From assembly GCA_963806035.1 (NCBI GenBank), contig CAWDWO010000028.1:20403-84402 (forward strand): a DNA stretch of 64,000 nucleotides, read 5' to 3'. The number at the start of each line of letters is the position of its first letter. The first letter of the stretch is position 1. The position numbers were made by a program, and so were the translations under genes. The DNA comes from Candidatus Krumholzibacteriota bacterium (lineage in GTDB: Bacteria > Krumholzibacteriota > Krumholzibacteriia > JAJRXK01). The notes under the pieces were generated by a model that was not told the DNA's origin, made no database searches, and saw nothing but the letters and a program-made list of their open reading frames with translations. Below, in pieces: positions 9,668-19,251 of this stretch.

Positions 9668-10488
9668 TCGACGAAAAAGTCGGGGAACAGCTCGGCCCCC
9701 GGCTCCACCGCGTAGGCGTCGAACTCGGTGACACCCTCCTCACGCAGGACCTCCTCGTCCAGATAGAAGTTCCCGCTGCAGGCCCGGCTCTCCCGCGTCA
9801 GAATGGCGTGCGCCGCGTCCGCCATGATGGAGGGCTTGCGTGAGCGGCGAACCATGGGCTCTCCGCCCAGGAGGTTACGCACCGCGGCGGTCGCGATTGC
9901 GGTCCTGGGCCACAGAGCGTTCACCGCGACTCCGCTCTCGGCGAACTCCGCGCTCATCGCGAGGACCCAGACGCTCATCCCGTACTTCGAGAGACTGTAG
10001 GCCGCGTGGTCCTTGAACCACTTTTTGTCCCAGTTCAGCGGGGGCGAGATGTTGAGGATGTGGGGGTTGTCCACTTTCAGGAGATGGGGCAGACAACTGC
10101 GGGCGCAGAGAAACGCGGCGCGGGTGTTCACCGCGAAGAGCCGGTCGAAGGTGCGCATCTTGGTCTCCAGGGTGCCACTGAGGGCGAGCGCGCCCGCGTT
10201 GTTCACCAGGATGTCGATCCGCCCGAAGCGCGCCAGCGCGGCGTCGACCGTTGCCAGCACTTCTTCCTCGTGCCGCACGTCGCACTGTAGCGCGAGCGCC
10301 TCCCCGCCCGCGCGCTCGACTTCCGCCGCGGCCGTGTGAATGGTGCCCGGCAATTTCGGGTGTTCCCGCACCGTTTTGGCCGCCAGGACCACTTTGGCGC
10401 CGTCCCGCGCCGCCCGCAGGGCGATCGCCTTGCCGATCCCCCGGCTGGCGCCGGTGATGAAGAGGACCTTTCCGCGCAGATCAGCCAT
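9664..10488 (-). CDS. SDR oxidoreductase, HSDL2/citronellol-dehydrogenase-like
   Basis: ITGASRGIG, AAKT..HPKLPGTIHTAA, ILNISPPL, YSLSKYGMS, NALWPRT.IATAAV motifs. Confidence 0.88.
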   Translation of the reverse strand: MADLRGKVLFITGASRGIGKAIALRAARDGAKVVLAAKTVREHPKLPGTIHTAAAEVERAGGEALALQCDVRHEEEVLATVDAALARFGRIDILVNNAGALALSGTLETKMRTFDRLFAVNTRAAFLCARSCLPHLLKVDNPHILNISPPLNWDKKWFKDHAAYSLSKYGMSVWVLAMSAEFAESGVAVNALWPRTAIATAAVRNLLGGEPMVRRSRKPSIMADAAHAILTRESRACSGNFYLDEEVLREEGVTEFDAYAVEPGAELFPDFFVD

Positions 10489-10661
10489 GCAGGCTCCGTT
10501 CTTTCGGGATTTCGTCGGCTGTCATTCTGCCCCTCTTGCCCGGGAGCGGCAAGTCGGCACCGTGAGCGGCTTGAAACCCCCTCCGCCGCGCTCTATGTTC
10601 ATGATCTGTCTTTCCGCGCGAGCGCCCGCGCGGGTTTCGTTCCAGAACTCAGGGGGCAACC

Positions 10662-12350
10662 ATGGCCATCGTAGAATGCGTTCCCAATTTCAGTGAAGGC
10701 CGCGACCACGCGGTTTTGGATGCGATCGTAGCGGCGATCAAGAGCGCGGATGGCTGCCAGGTCCTGGATGTGGATCCGGGCGCCGCGACCAATCGCACCG
10801 TCGTCACCGTGGTGGGCGAGCCCGAAGCGGTGCTGGAAGGCGCATACCGTGGAATCGCGAAGGCCGCGCAACTCATCGACATGAGCAAGCACCGCGGTGC
10901 CCACCCGCGCATGGGCGCCACCGACGTCTGTCCCTTCGTGCCGGTTTCCGGTTTGAGCATGGACGACTGCGTGGAGCTCGCGCGCCGTCTGGGCAAGCGG
11001 GTGGGAGAAGAGCTGAAGATTCCCGTCTATCTCTACGAGTACGCCGCTTCGCGTCCGGAGCGGGTGAACCTGGCAGACGTGCGCAGCGGGGAATACGAAG
11101 CGCTTCCGGACAAGTTGACCAAAGAGGAATGGAAGCCGGACTTCGGCCCGGCCAGCTTCAACCCGCACACCGGCGCCACCGCCATTTCCGCGCGCGAGTT
11201 TCTCTTGGCCTACAACGTCAACCTCAACACCCAGGACAAATCGAGGGCCAGCGACATCGCCCTCGACTTGCGCGAGCAGGGGCGCGCCAAGCGCGACGCT
11301 CAGGGCGAGATCGTGCGCAATGAATCCGGCCAGGCGATCAAGGTGCCAGGGCGTTTTCAGCACGTCAAAGGCGTGGGCTGGTACATCGACGAGTACAAGC
11401 TGGCGCAGATCTCCATGAACCTGACCAATTATAAGGTCAGCAGCCTGCACGCCGTGTTCGATGCCGCCTGCGAGGAGGCGGTGAAGCGCGGCTTGCGCGT
11501 CACCGGCAGTGAACTGGTTGGTCTGGTGCCGCTGGAGGCCATGCTGCAGGCCGGCCGGCACTACCTGCGCAAGCAGGGCAAGAGCGCCGGCATTCCCGAG
11601 AGTGAGGTCGTCGAATGCGCGATCCGCAGCATGGGAATGCGCGACGTGGCTCCCTTCGACCCGCACGAGAAGATCATCGAATACCGCCTCAAGAAGGGAC
11701 AGACGGGTCTGGCCGATCTGAGTCTCGCCGCCTTCTGCGACGAGCTCTCCAGCGAATCCCCCGCCCCCGGTGGAGGAAGCGTGGCCGCGCTCGCAGGTAG
11801 CCTCGCCGCCGGCCTGGCCGCGATGGTGGCCAATCTCACGGTGGGACGGAAGGGCCAGGACGATGTCTGGGACGAGATGAACGAGCTGGCAGTGGAGGCG
11901 CAGGGGCACAAGGACTGGCTCATGGAGGCCGTCGATGCCGACACTCAGGCTTTCAACGCGGTACTGACGGCTCGCCGGATGCCCAAATCGAGCGAGAGCG
12001 AAATCGCGGCGCGGGAAGAGGCCATTCTGCAGGCCAACCGCGAGGCCACCCTGGTTCCCTTGCGCGTGCTCGAGCGCATGCATGCCGTGCTCGAACTGGC
12101 TGCGCAAGCCGCGCACAAGGGTAATCCCAACAGCCTGAGCGACGCGGGGGTCGCGGCCCTCTGCGCCCTGGCCTGCGCCGAGGGAGCCTACTACAACGTG
12201 CTCATCAACCTGGCCGGGCTGAAGGAGGACCAGCCCTGGGCGCGGAAGACGGAAGAGCGCGCCGAATCCGCCCTGGGCCAGGCCCGGAAGGCGGGCGAGG
12301 CCCTCCGCGACGAAGTCAGGGGCACCCTGAGGGCCGCCCTGAGCGACTAG
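10662..12350 (+). CDS. ftcD: Bifunctional glutamate formimidoyltransferase / formiminotetrahydrofolate cyclodeaminase
   Basis: N-terminal ECVPNFSEGR, HPRMGATDVCPFVP; C-terminal cyclodeaminase SPAPGGGSVAAL...GNPNSLSDAGVAA. Confidence 0.93.
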   Translation: MAIVECVPNFSEGRDHAVLDAIVAAIKSADGCQVLDVDPGAATNRTVVTVVGEPEAVLEGAYRGIAKAAQLIDMSKHRGAHPRMGATDVCPFVPVSGLSMDDCVELARRLGKRVGEELKIPVYLYEYAASRPERVNLADVRSGEYEALPDKLTKEEWKPDFGPASFNPHTGATAISAREFLLAYNVNLNTQDKSRASDIALDLREQGRAKRDAQGEIVRNESGQAIKVPGRFQHVKGVGWYIDEYKLAQISMNLTNYKVSSLHAVFDAACEEAVKRGLRVTGSELVGLVPLEAMLQAGRHYLRKQGKSAGIPESEVVECAIRSMGMRDVAPFDPHEKIIEYRLKKGQTGLADLSLAAFCDELSSESPAPGGGSVAALAGSLAAGLAAMVANLTVGRKGQDDVWDEMNELAVEAQGHKDWLMEAVDADTQAFNAVLTARRMPKSSESEIAAREEAILQANREATLVPLRVLERMHAVLELAAQAAHKGNPNSLSDAGVAALCALACAEGAYYNVLINLAGLKEDQPWARKTEERAESALGQARKAGEALRDEVRGTLRAALSD

Positions 12351-12378
12351 ACCGTCGCAAAATTCATGAATACTGGAC

Positions 12379-12432
12379 TTGATTCTCCTTTCCCCTCGCT
12401 CCATAATGGAGAAAACTTCGAACGAATGTTCG
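12379..12432 (+). promoter_or_regulatory. Promoter and operator region of the benzoyl-CoA operon
   Basis: TTGATT (12379-12384), 17 nt, CATAAT (12402-12407). Palindromes CTCCAT-A-ATGGAG (12399-12411) over the -10 and CGAAC-GAAT-GTTCG (12419-12432) downstream. Confidence 0.55.
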
Positions 12433-12447
12433 GACGGGAATGGAGTT

Positions 12448-13515
12448 ATGTCACAAACTCTTACTGCATATGGATTTAGTGTCAAAACCCCCGGGCAAGC
12501 GCTGGAAAAACTGGAGCTGAACGAACTCCGTTGCGGCCCGCAGGAGGTCCTCATCGAGGTCGCGGGCTGCGGAGTCTGCCACACCGACCTCGGCTTTTGG
12601 GCTGGACAGGTCCCCCCCCGCCACCCTCTTCCCTTGATCCTGGGTCACGAAATTTCGGGGCGCGTGGTCGACTGCGGAGAGAACGCACAAGAATGGCAGG
12701 GGCGCCGGGTGTTGGTGCCGGCGGTGATTCCCTGCGGAGAATGTCCGGCGTGCAGGGCCGGCCGACCCACCATCTGCCGCCACCAGTTCATGCCGGGCAA
12801 CGACGGCCACGGCGGTTTCGCGACCCACGTCAAAGTTCCCGCGCGCGGACTGTGCCCCATCCCCAAGACCCTCCCCCCAGGACTGTCTCTTCCCCAGCTC
12901 TCGGTGGTGGCGGATGCGGTCACCACCCCCTACGAAGCGATTCGCCGCAGCGGACTGTCGGCCAGGGACGTCGCGATCTTCGTCGGAGTGGGTGGGGTCG
13001 GAGGATTCGGAGTGCAGATCGCGGCCGCCCTGGGAGCCGCGGTGGTGGCGATCGACGTCGATGAGACCCGTCTCGCTCTGGCCTCGAAGCACGGAGCCAC
13101 TCTCGCCCTGGACGCCTCAGCGAGCGACGCCAAGGAACTCAAGAAATTGGTGCGTCAATTCGCCAAGTCTCAAGATCGCGGCGGCATCGGCCTGAAAGTT
13201 TTCGAGACCAGTGGAACCGTCGCGGGACAGGAGACTGCTTTCAATTTGCTCGACTTCGGCGGCCATCTGGCCGTGGTCGGGTTCACCCCCGAGAAGACCA
13301 GCCTGCGCCTGAGCAACCTCATGGCCCTGGACGCCACCGCGCGCGGAAACTGGGGTTGCCCGCCACAGTGGTATCCCGACGCACTCGATCTGGTCCTTTC
13401 GGGAAAGATCGATCTGAGCGACTTCGTGCAGACCTACCCTCTGAACGAGGCGGCGGAAGTGATGAACGAAGTAGCGCAGCACCGCGTCCAGAAACGTCCC
13501 GTTTTGGTGCCCTGA
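12448..13515 (+). CDS. had: 6-hydroxycyclohex-1-ene-1-carbonyl-CoA dehydrogenase (Zn-dependent MDR)
   Basis: GCGVCHTD, GHEISG, structural-Zn Cys cluster, QFMPGND.HGGFATH, LSNLMALDATARGNWGCPP; first gene of the oah-dch-bcr cluster. Confidence 0.9.
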   Translation: MSQTLTAYGFSVKTPGQALEKLELNELRCGPQEVLIEVAGCGVCHTDLGFWAGQVPPRHPLPLILGHEISGRVVDCGENAQEWQGRRVLVPAVIPCGECPACRAGRPTICRHQFMPGNDGHGGFATHVKVPARGLCPIPKTLPPGLSLPQLSVVADAVTTPYEAIRRSGLSARDVAIFVGVGGVGGFGVQIAAALGAAVVAIDVDETRLALASKHGATLALDASASDAKELKKLVRQFAKSQDRGGIGLKVFETSGTVAGQETAFNLLDFGGHLAVVGFTPEKTSLRLSNLMALDATARGNWGCPPQWYPDALDLVLSGKIDLSDFVQTYPLNEAAEVMNEVAQHRVQKRPVLVP

Positions 13516-13531
13516 ACTCCGCAAGCGAAGG

Positions 13532-14626
13532 ATGACCATGAACGATCACAATCTCACCGAGCGTTTCGAGCCCCGGCACATCCTCTATGAACACAGACCG
13601 GTTCTCAGCCGCGACGGCAATCCGGCGGAGGGACTCCACAATGTGTGGATCTCGCTCAACAATCCCGAAGAGCTCAATTCCTACACCACCGACAGCATCA
13701 AGGAAATCATCCTGGCCTTTCGTGCCGCGAGCAACGACCGGGCGGCGGTGGCGGTGATCTTCACCGGAGTGGGGAATCGCGCCTTCTGTTCGGGAGGAAA
13801 CACGCGCGAGTACGCCGAGGTCTATGCCAACGCTCCCGGCGAGTACCGGCAGTACATGCGCCTCTTCAACGACATGGTCAGCTCCATTCTGCACTGCGAC
13901 AAGCCCGTGATCTGCCGGGCCAACGGGATGCGAGTGGGTGGAGGGCAGGAGATCGGCATGGCCTGCGATTTTACCGTCGCGAGCGACCTCGCCGTCTTCA
14001 GCCAGGCCGGCCCCAAGCACGGGTCCGCCCCCGACGGAGGAAGCACGGACTTCTTGCCGCTCTTCGTGGGGATGGAAAACGCGATGATGAGCGGGACCCT
14101 GTGCCGTCCGTGGAGCGCACACCGCTTTTACCGTCTGGGTGGACTCACCGACATCGCTCCCGCTCTGCTCGTCGACGGAGAATTCCTGGCCAATCCCCTG
14201 GTGATCACGGACCGCTACCTCGACGAGTTCGGCCGCGTAGTACACGGCGAATTCAAGACGGGAAACGAGCGCGCGAAAGGAAAGGAACTCCTTGCCAAAG
14301 GTGAGGTGAATCTCGGCAAGCTGGACGAGCTCACCGAGACTCTGAGCACGGACCTTCTTTATACCATGCCCGACTGCCTCACCAAGACCATCGAGAGTCT
14401 GCGGAAGCACAAGTTGGAACACTGGAATTCCAACAAGGAGACCAATCGCGCCTGGTTGAGTTTGAACATGATGACCGAAGCCAGTTGCGGCTTCCGGGCC
14501 TTCCATTACGGAACGCGGGACCAGCGTGAGGCCGACTTCCCCCTCCTGCGTCGCCGTCTCGCCGAAGGCGCCCACTGGGGCGAGAATCTGATGCGCGAAG
14601 TCGCGCCGTGGATCGAGGGGGGATGA
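13532..14626 (+). CDS. oah: 6-oxocyclohex-1-ene-1-carbonyl-CoA hydrolase (ring-opening; BamA/BzdY family)
   Basis: Long crotonase-fold protein with NSYTTD, AFCSGGNT.EYAE.Y, QAGPKHGSAPDGGSTDFLP, NKETNRAWL motifs. Confidence 0.93.
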   Translation: MTMNDHNLTERFEPRHILYEHRPVLSRDGNPAEGLHNVWISLNNPEELNSYTTDSIKEIILAFRAASNDRAAVAVIFTGVGNRAFCSGGNTREYAEVYANAPGEYRQYMRLFNDMVSSILHCDKPVICRANGMRVGGGQEIGMACDFTVASDLAVFSQAGPKHGSAPDGGSTDFLPLFVGMENAMMSGTLCRPWSAHRFYRLGGLTDIAPALLVDGEFLANPLVITDRYLDEFGRVVHGEFKTGNERAKGKELLAKGEVNLGKLDELTETLSTDLLYTMPDCLTKTIESLRKHKLEHWNSNKETNRAWLSLNMMTEASCGFRAFHYGTRDQREADFPLLRRRLAEGAHWGENLMREVAPWIEGG

Positions 14627-15420
14627 ACGTGGAAACGAAAAAAGTGAGAGTCGAGTTCTCCCGTGGCGAACGCGTGGTGAGCCTCTGGCTCGCGAGCCCC
14701 AAGGCGAACGTGCTCGATCAGACCATGGCGGAGGAACTCACCGGCGCTTTGAACTCTCTGCGTGAACATCGTTCGTTGCGTGCCATCGTGATCCGCCCCG
14801 AAGGCCCCCATTTCAGTTTCGGGGCCAGCGTGGAAGAGCACTTACCCGCTCAGATCGGCGCCGCCCTCACTCGCTTGCGGACCCTCCTGAGCGCGCTTCT
14901 CACCAGCTCCGCGCCCACCATCGCCGCCGTGCGCGGACAGTGCCTGGGCGGCGGCCTGGAACTCGCGCTGGGGTGTGACCTCGTCATGGCCGAGGAGAAC
15001 GCCAAGCTGGGACTTCCCGAAATCAAACTGGGGGTCTTTCCCCCGGCCGGAGCCGCTCTCCTCCCGGTACGCATCGGAGCCAGCAGGGCCTCCGAGCTCG
15101 TTCTCACCGGACGCAGCCTCACGGGAAGCGAGGCGCAGCAGGCGGGACTGGTGGCCCGGCTCGTGCCGGAAGGAACACTCGACGCCGAGCTCGCGAGCTT
15201 GCTCGAAAACGAATTCTTGCCCCGCTCGGCGCCCGCGCTCCGCTACGCGAGCAAGGCTTCGCGCCGCGCGCTTTTGGCCGCGGTGCACGAAGACCTTCCC
15301 GAACTCGAGCACCTCTATCTCGAGGAACTGATGGATCAGCCCGACGCGGAGGAGGGCATTCGCGCCTTCCTGGAGAAGCGATCCCCGCGCTGGACCGACG
15401 ACGAAGGGATTCAGCCGTGA
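14623..15420 (+). CDS. dch: Cyclohexa-1,5-diene-1-carbonyl-CoA hydratase
   Basis: Crotonase family with PKANVLD, GPHFSFGASVEEHLP, GQCLGGGLE, PEIKLGVFPP; located between oah and bcrC. Confidence 0.88.
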   Translation: MNVETKKVRVEFSRGERVVSLWLASPKANVLDQTMAEELTGALNSLREHRSLRAIVIRPEGPHFSFGASVEEHLPAQIGAALTRLRTLLSALLTSSAPTIAAVRGQCLGGGLELALGCDLVMAEENAKLGLPEIKLGVFPPAGAALLPVRIGASRASELVLTGRSLTGSEAQQAGLVARLVPEGTLDAELASLLENEFLPRSAPALRYASKASRRALLAAVHEDLPELEHLYLEELMDQPDAEEGIRAFLEKRSPRWTDDEGIQP

Positions 15421-16595
15421 AGGGCGAGCTGGCCAGACTCGTGAAGCGCACCACGGCCCTGCACGAGGACCTCGCCCTCAGCTCCGTCAAACAATGGAAA
15501 AGCGACCACCCCGGCGCGAAGGCCATCGGCCATCTACCGATCTACGTACCGCGCGAGATCATTCATGCGGCCGGAATGCTGCCCGTGGGAATCATGGGCG
15601 GCGGTGAGGATCTCGAGATCATTCGAGGCGACGCCTACTTCCAGAGCTACATCTGTCACATTCCGCGTTCCACCATCGAACTCGCCCTGAGCGGCCGGCT
15701 CGATTGTCTGGACGGCATGCTCTTCCCCTCCATCTGTGACGTGATCCGAAACCTGTCGGGAATGTGGAAGCTGCTGTTCCCCGAGCGCTACGTGCGCTAT
15801 GTGGACGTGCCTCAGAATTTCGTTCCGGGAGTCGGCGGCCTGTTCTGGCGCCGGGAACTCGAGGATTTGAAACACGAGCTCGAGGAGCTGGGAGGACGGC
15901 CCATCGAAGACGAGGCCCTGCGCGCCAGCATCGAGGTCTACAACGAGAACCGGCGCGAGCTCGCCGCGCTCTACGCGGCCCGAAGCAAAGAACCCTGGCT
16001 GTACCCTAGCTACGAGATGTATCCGGTCGTGCGCGCGGGCAACGTGCTCCCGCCCGAGGAACATACCCTGCTCTTGCGCAGCTACCGTGAACTCGCCCGC
16101 CAGGAGAGCGATCGCGTGGAAATGGACTTGAGCCGCGTGGTCGTGGTGGGGGCCTTCTGTGAGCAGCCCCCCATCGGCCTGCTCAAGACACTCGAGCGCG
16201 CCGGCTGTTTCATCGTGGACGACGACATGCTCTTGGGTTTGCGCTGGCTCACCGAAGAGGTCCCCGTAGAGGGCGATCCCATGCAAAACCTGGTCGATTC
16301 GTATTTGGAGCACAGCGCATCCACCGCCTCGCGCTATGAACCCGAGGGGGACAAGGGCCGCTCCCTGGTGAATTCAGTGCGCGAGAACATGGCGGAGGGG
16401 GTCATCCTCTCGGCGCCCAGCTTCTGCGATCCCGCCCTCCTCGACCAACCCATGCTCGCGGCCGCCCTGCAACGCGAGGGCATTCCCTACACCCAGTTCA
16501 AATACTCCGAAGACATGGGCCAATTCGCAGTCATTCGTGAACAGACCGGGACCTTCGCCGATTCCATCCGTCTGTGGAGCGAGAAGGGAGCGTGA
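15417..16595 (+). CDS. bcrC: Benzoyl-CoA reductase subunit C (class I, Thauera-type)
   Basis: 2-hydroxyacyl-CoA dehydratase-like; PIYVPREIIHAAGMLP, GDAYFQSYICHIPRSTIEL, FPSICDVIRNLSGMW, PSFCDPALLD. Confidence 0.92.
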   Translation: MKGELARLVKRTTALHEDLALSSVKQWKSDHPGAKAIGHLPIYVPREIIHAAGMLPVGIMGGGEDLEIIRGDAYFQSYICHIPRSTIELALSGRLDCLDGMLFPSICDVIRNLSGMWKLLFPERYVRYVDVPQNFVPGVGGLFWRRELEDLKHELEELGGRPIEDEALRASIEVYNENRRELAALYAARSKEPWLYPSYEMYPVVRAGNVLPPEEHTLLLRSYRELARQESDRVEMDLSRVVVVGAFCEQPPIGLLKTLERAGCFIVDDDMLLGLRWLTEEVPVEGDPMQNLVDSYLEHSASTASRYEPEGDKGRSLVNSVRENMAEGVILSAPSFCDPALLDQPMLAAALQREGIPYTQFKYSEDMGQFAVIREQTGTFADSIRLWSEKGA

Positions 16596-16597
16596 CG

Positions 16598-17899
16598 ATG
16601 GCAGACACTCGAGGTCCAAAAAGCGCCGCGGTGCAAAAAGATCTCAGCATGGATTTGCAGAAGCAGATGATCGCCGATCATTATCTCGCCCTGCAGAACG
16701 CAAAGGCGGATGGCCGCAAGTCGGTCTACACCTTCGTGCCGGGCAATTTGACCGAGCTCATCCGCTCCTTCGACCTTTTGCCCGTTTTGCCGGAAATCAA
16801 CGCCCTGCAGTCCGGGATGCGCGGACTCTCCGCCGGCTACATCGCCGAGGCCGAGAAGGCCGGGCACTCCGAAGACGTCTGCACCTACGTGAAGTGCGAT
16901 CTGGGCATGCTGAAGAAGGGCAACATCTCGCCCACGGGGACCCAGCTGCCCGACCCCGACCTCTTGCTCCTCTCCTACACCGGCTGCTTCACCTTCATGA
17001 AGTGGTTCGAGCTTCTACGCGAGGAGTACGGCGCGCCCACCAGCATGCTACACGTGCCCTACCAGTCCGAGGGCACGATCCAGGAGCATCAGGTCGCGTA
17101 TGTGGTCGATCAGCTGAAATCCGAGGTCATCCCGAAGCTGGAGAGCATCAGCGGAAAGAAGTTCGACAAAGGCCGGCTGGCGGAAATGCTCGAACTCTCC
17201 GCCCGGGCGGAGGACGACCTGGTGTGGGTGCTCGAGAGCGCCAAGAACGTGCCCTCGCCGATCGACGCCTATTTCGGCGGCGTCTACTACATCGGTCCCA
17301 TGTTCACCGCATTCCGCGGCACGCAGGAAGCGGTCGACTATTACGCCGCCCTGCGGCGCGAGATCGAGGAGCGCCTGCGTCGCAAACAGGGGCCGGTCAC
17401 TCCCGAAGGAGAGGTCAAAGACGAGCGCTTCCGTCTGGTGGTGGAAGGTCCACCCAACTGGACTAGTTTTCGCGCGTTCTGGAAGATGTTCTACGACGAG
17501 GGTGCGGTGGTGGTCGCCAGCTCTTACACCAAGGTGGGGGGACTTTACGACCGCGGCTTTCGTCACGATCCGACACGTCCCCTTCAGAGCCTGGCCGAAT
17601 ACTGCCTGGGCTGCTACACCAACCTGGGACTTCCCTCACGCGTCGATCTCTTGGCTTCCTACGTGCGCGAATACAACGCGCACGGCTTCTTGATCAACAG
17701 CGTGAAGAGCTGCAATTCCTTCAGCGCCGGACAACTTCTGATCCTGCGTCAGATCGAGGAGCGTACCGGCGTGCCCGGCGGCTTCATCGAGAGCGACCTG
17801 GTGGACCCCCGCTATTTCTCTTCCGCGAACATCAAGAACCGCATCGAGAGCTATCTGCAGATGCTCGAGCAAAAGGGACGCACGGAGGCGCGAGCATGA
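16598..17899 (+). CDS. bcrB: Benzoyl-CoA reductase subunit B
   Basis: TFVPGNL, AEKAGHSEDVCTYVK, LLSYTGCFTFMKWFE, KSCNSFSAGQL, ESDLVDPRYFS. Confidence 0.92.
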   Translation: MADTRGPKSAAVQKDLSMDLQKQMIADHYLALQNAKADGRKSVYTFVPGNLTELIRSFDLLPVLPEINALQSGMRGLSAGYIAEAEKAGHSEDVCTYVKCDLGMLKKGNISPTGTQLPDPDLLLLSYTGCFTFMKWFELLREEYGAPTSMLHVPYQSEGTIQEHQVAYVVDQLKSEVIPKLESISGKKFDKGRLAEMLELSARAEDDLVWVLESAKNVPSPIDAYFGGVYYIGPMFTAFRGTQEAVDYYAALRREIEERLRRKQGPVTPEGEVKDERFRLVVEGPPNWTSFRAFWKMFYDEGAVVVASSYTKVGGLYDRGFRHDPTRPLQSLAEYCLGCYTNLGLPSRVDLLASYVREYNAHGFLINSVKSCNSFSAGQLLILRQIEERTGVPGGFIESDLVDPRYFSSANIKNRIESYLQMLEQKGRTEARA

Positions 17900-19251
17900 A
17901 GAGCTGGAAGATCTACGTGGGGATCGATCTGGGGTCGACGACCACCAAGGCCGTGATCCTGGACGAGAACCAGAGGGTCCTGGGAAAGGGCATCACCAAC
18001 AGCCGAAGCAATTACGACGTGGCCGCGGCCATCGCGCGTTCGGAAGCCTTCGTGCAGGCGCGCTTCTCGCTGCTGCGCTCTTTCGTGCAGGACCACGAGG
18101 CCCTCAAGCAGGTCACGGACAAGGCCCTGCCCGTTCTCGAGCTCAGCTTTCGCTTCCAGCAATACCTCGAGCAACTGGGCCGCCTGCAATCAGAATTGCA
18201 CAACGCCGCTCGCTCGTCGCGCCACGAGAATCACCGCGATGAACTCGAGAAGATCGTGGACTTGATCGTCGAAGAAATGGCGGCGCGCATGAAAGAGGCC
18301 TTCGTGCCGGGCCACGAGAGAAAGAGCGACTTCTTTCGCGACCTCGCGGGCGCGGAATACATGAAGCTCGCCGAAGACTACGCCACGACGAACGGCATCG
18401 GTTTCGAGGAGCTCTGCAGCCTCTACGACGCCGCCATTCTGCCGGTGGAAAACACGGCCGGCAAAACCGGTTTCGTCGAGAACATTCAATCCGCTTTAGC
18501 CTTGACCATAGCTCGCCTGGCCGAAGATCCGGCCTGGACTCCGCGCATCGAGTCGGAGTTGCGCGCGTGCGTGAACGAAGGAGCCCAGGCACAGCTCGAA
18601 GAGATCGCGACGGTCGGAACCGGCTACGGTCGGGCCCGTCTTCCCTTCCCCCGCGAACAAATTCGCAGCGAAATTCTCTGTCACGGATTGGGGGCGCACG
18701 AGATGTTCCCCGGCACCGCGACCGTGCTCGACATCGGAGGGCAGGACACCAAGGCCATTCAGGTCGACGAGGACGGTATCGTGACGAGCTTCCAGATGAA
18801 CGACCGTTGCGCGGCGGGCTGCGGCCGCTACCTGGGTTACATCGCGGACGAAATGAACCTGGGCCTGCACGAGCTGGGACCTCTCGCGCAGCGCGCCCGC
18901 AAGAAGGTGAAGATCAGCAGCACCTGCACCGTGTTCGCCGGCGCGGAACTGCGCGACCGGCTTTCGATGGGACAGCGCCGCGAGGACATTCTCGCCGGTC
19001 TGCACCGGGCCATCATCCTGAGAGCAATGTCCCTGCTCGCCCGCTCGGGCGGCATCGACGACGAATTCACCTTCACCGGTGGCGTCGCGCGAAACCCCGC
19101 GGCGGTCGCCGCGGTGGAGGGCCTCATCGCGGAAAACTACGGCGAACGCACGATCAACATTTCACCCGATTCCATCTACACCGGCGCTCTCGGCGCCGCG
19201 CTCTTCGCAAAGAGGGGAGGACGTGATGCCCACGAGTTCGACCGCAACTGA
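17896..19251 (+). CDS. bcrA: Benzoyl-CoA reductase subunit A (ATP-binding activator, ASKHA fold)
   Basis: GIDLGSTTTKAV, GITNSRSNY, helical insertion, TGYGR, SEILCHGLGAH, DIGGQDTK, MNDRCAAGCGRYL. Confidence 0.92.
   Translation: MKSWKIYVGIDLGSTTTKAVILDENQRVLGKGITNSRSNYDVAAAIARSEAFVQARFSLLRSFVQDHEALKQVTDKALPVLELSFRFQQYLEQLGRLQSELHNAARSSRHENHRDELEKIVDLIVEEMAARMKEAFVPGHERKSDFFRDLAGAEYMKLAEDYATTNGIGFEELCSLYDAAILPVENTAGKTGFVENIQSALALTIARLAEDPAWTPRIESELRACVNEGAQAQLEEIATVGTGYGRARLPFPREQIRSEILCHGLGAHEMFPGTATVLDIGGQDTKAIQVDEDGIVTSFQMNDRCAAGCGRYLGYIADEMNLGLHELGPLAQRARKKVKISSTCTVFAGAELRDRLSMGQRREDILAGLHRAIILRAMSLLARSGGIDDEFTFTGGVARNPAAVAAVEGLIAENYGERTINISPDSIYTGALGAALFAKRGGRDAHEFDRN

Noticed and set aside
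10599..12584. Long antisense and alternative-frame ORFs (e.g. 10599..12584, 28683..30872, 54514..56676, 60226..62409, 62738..63865)
   Set aside because: Shadow ORFs expected in GC-rich DNA; each overlaps a gene with clear family motifs and shows none itself.
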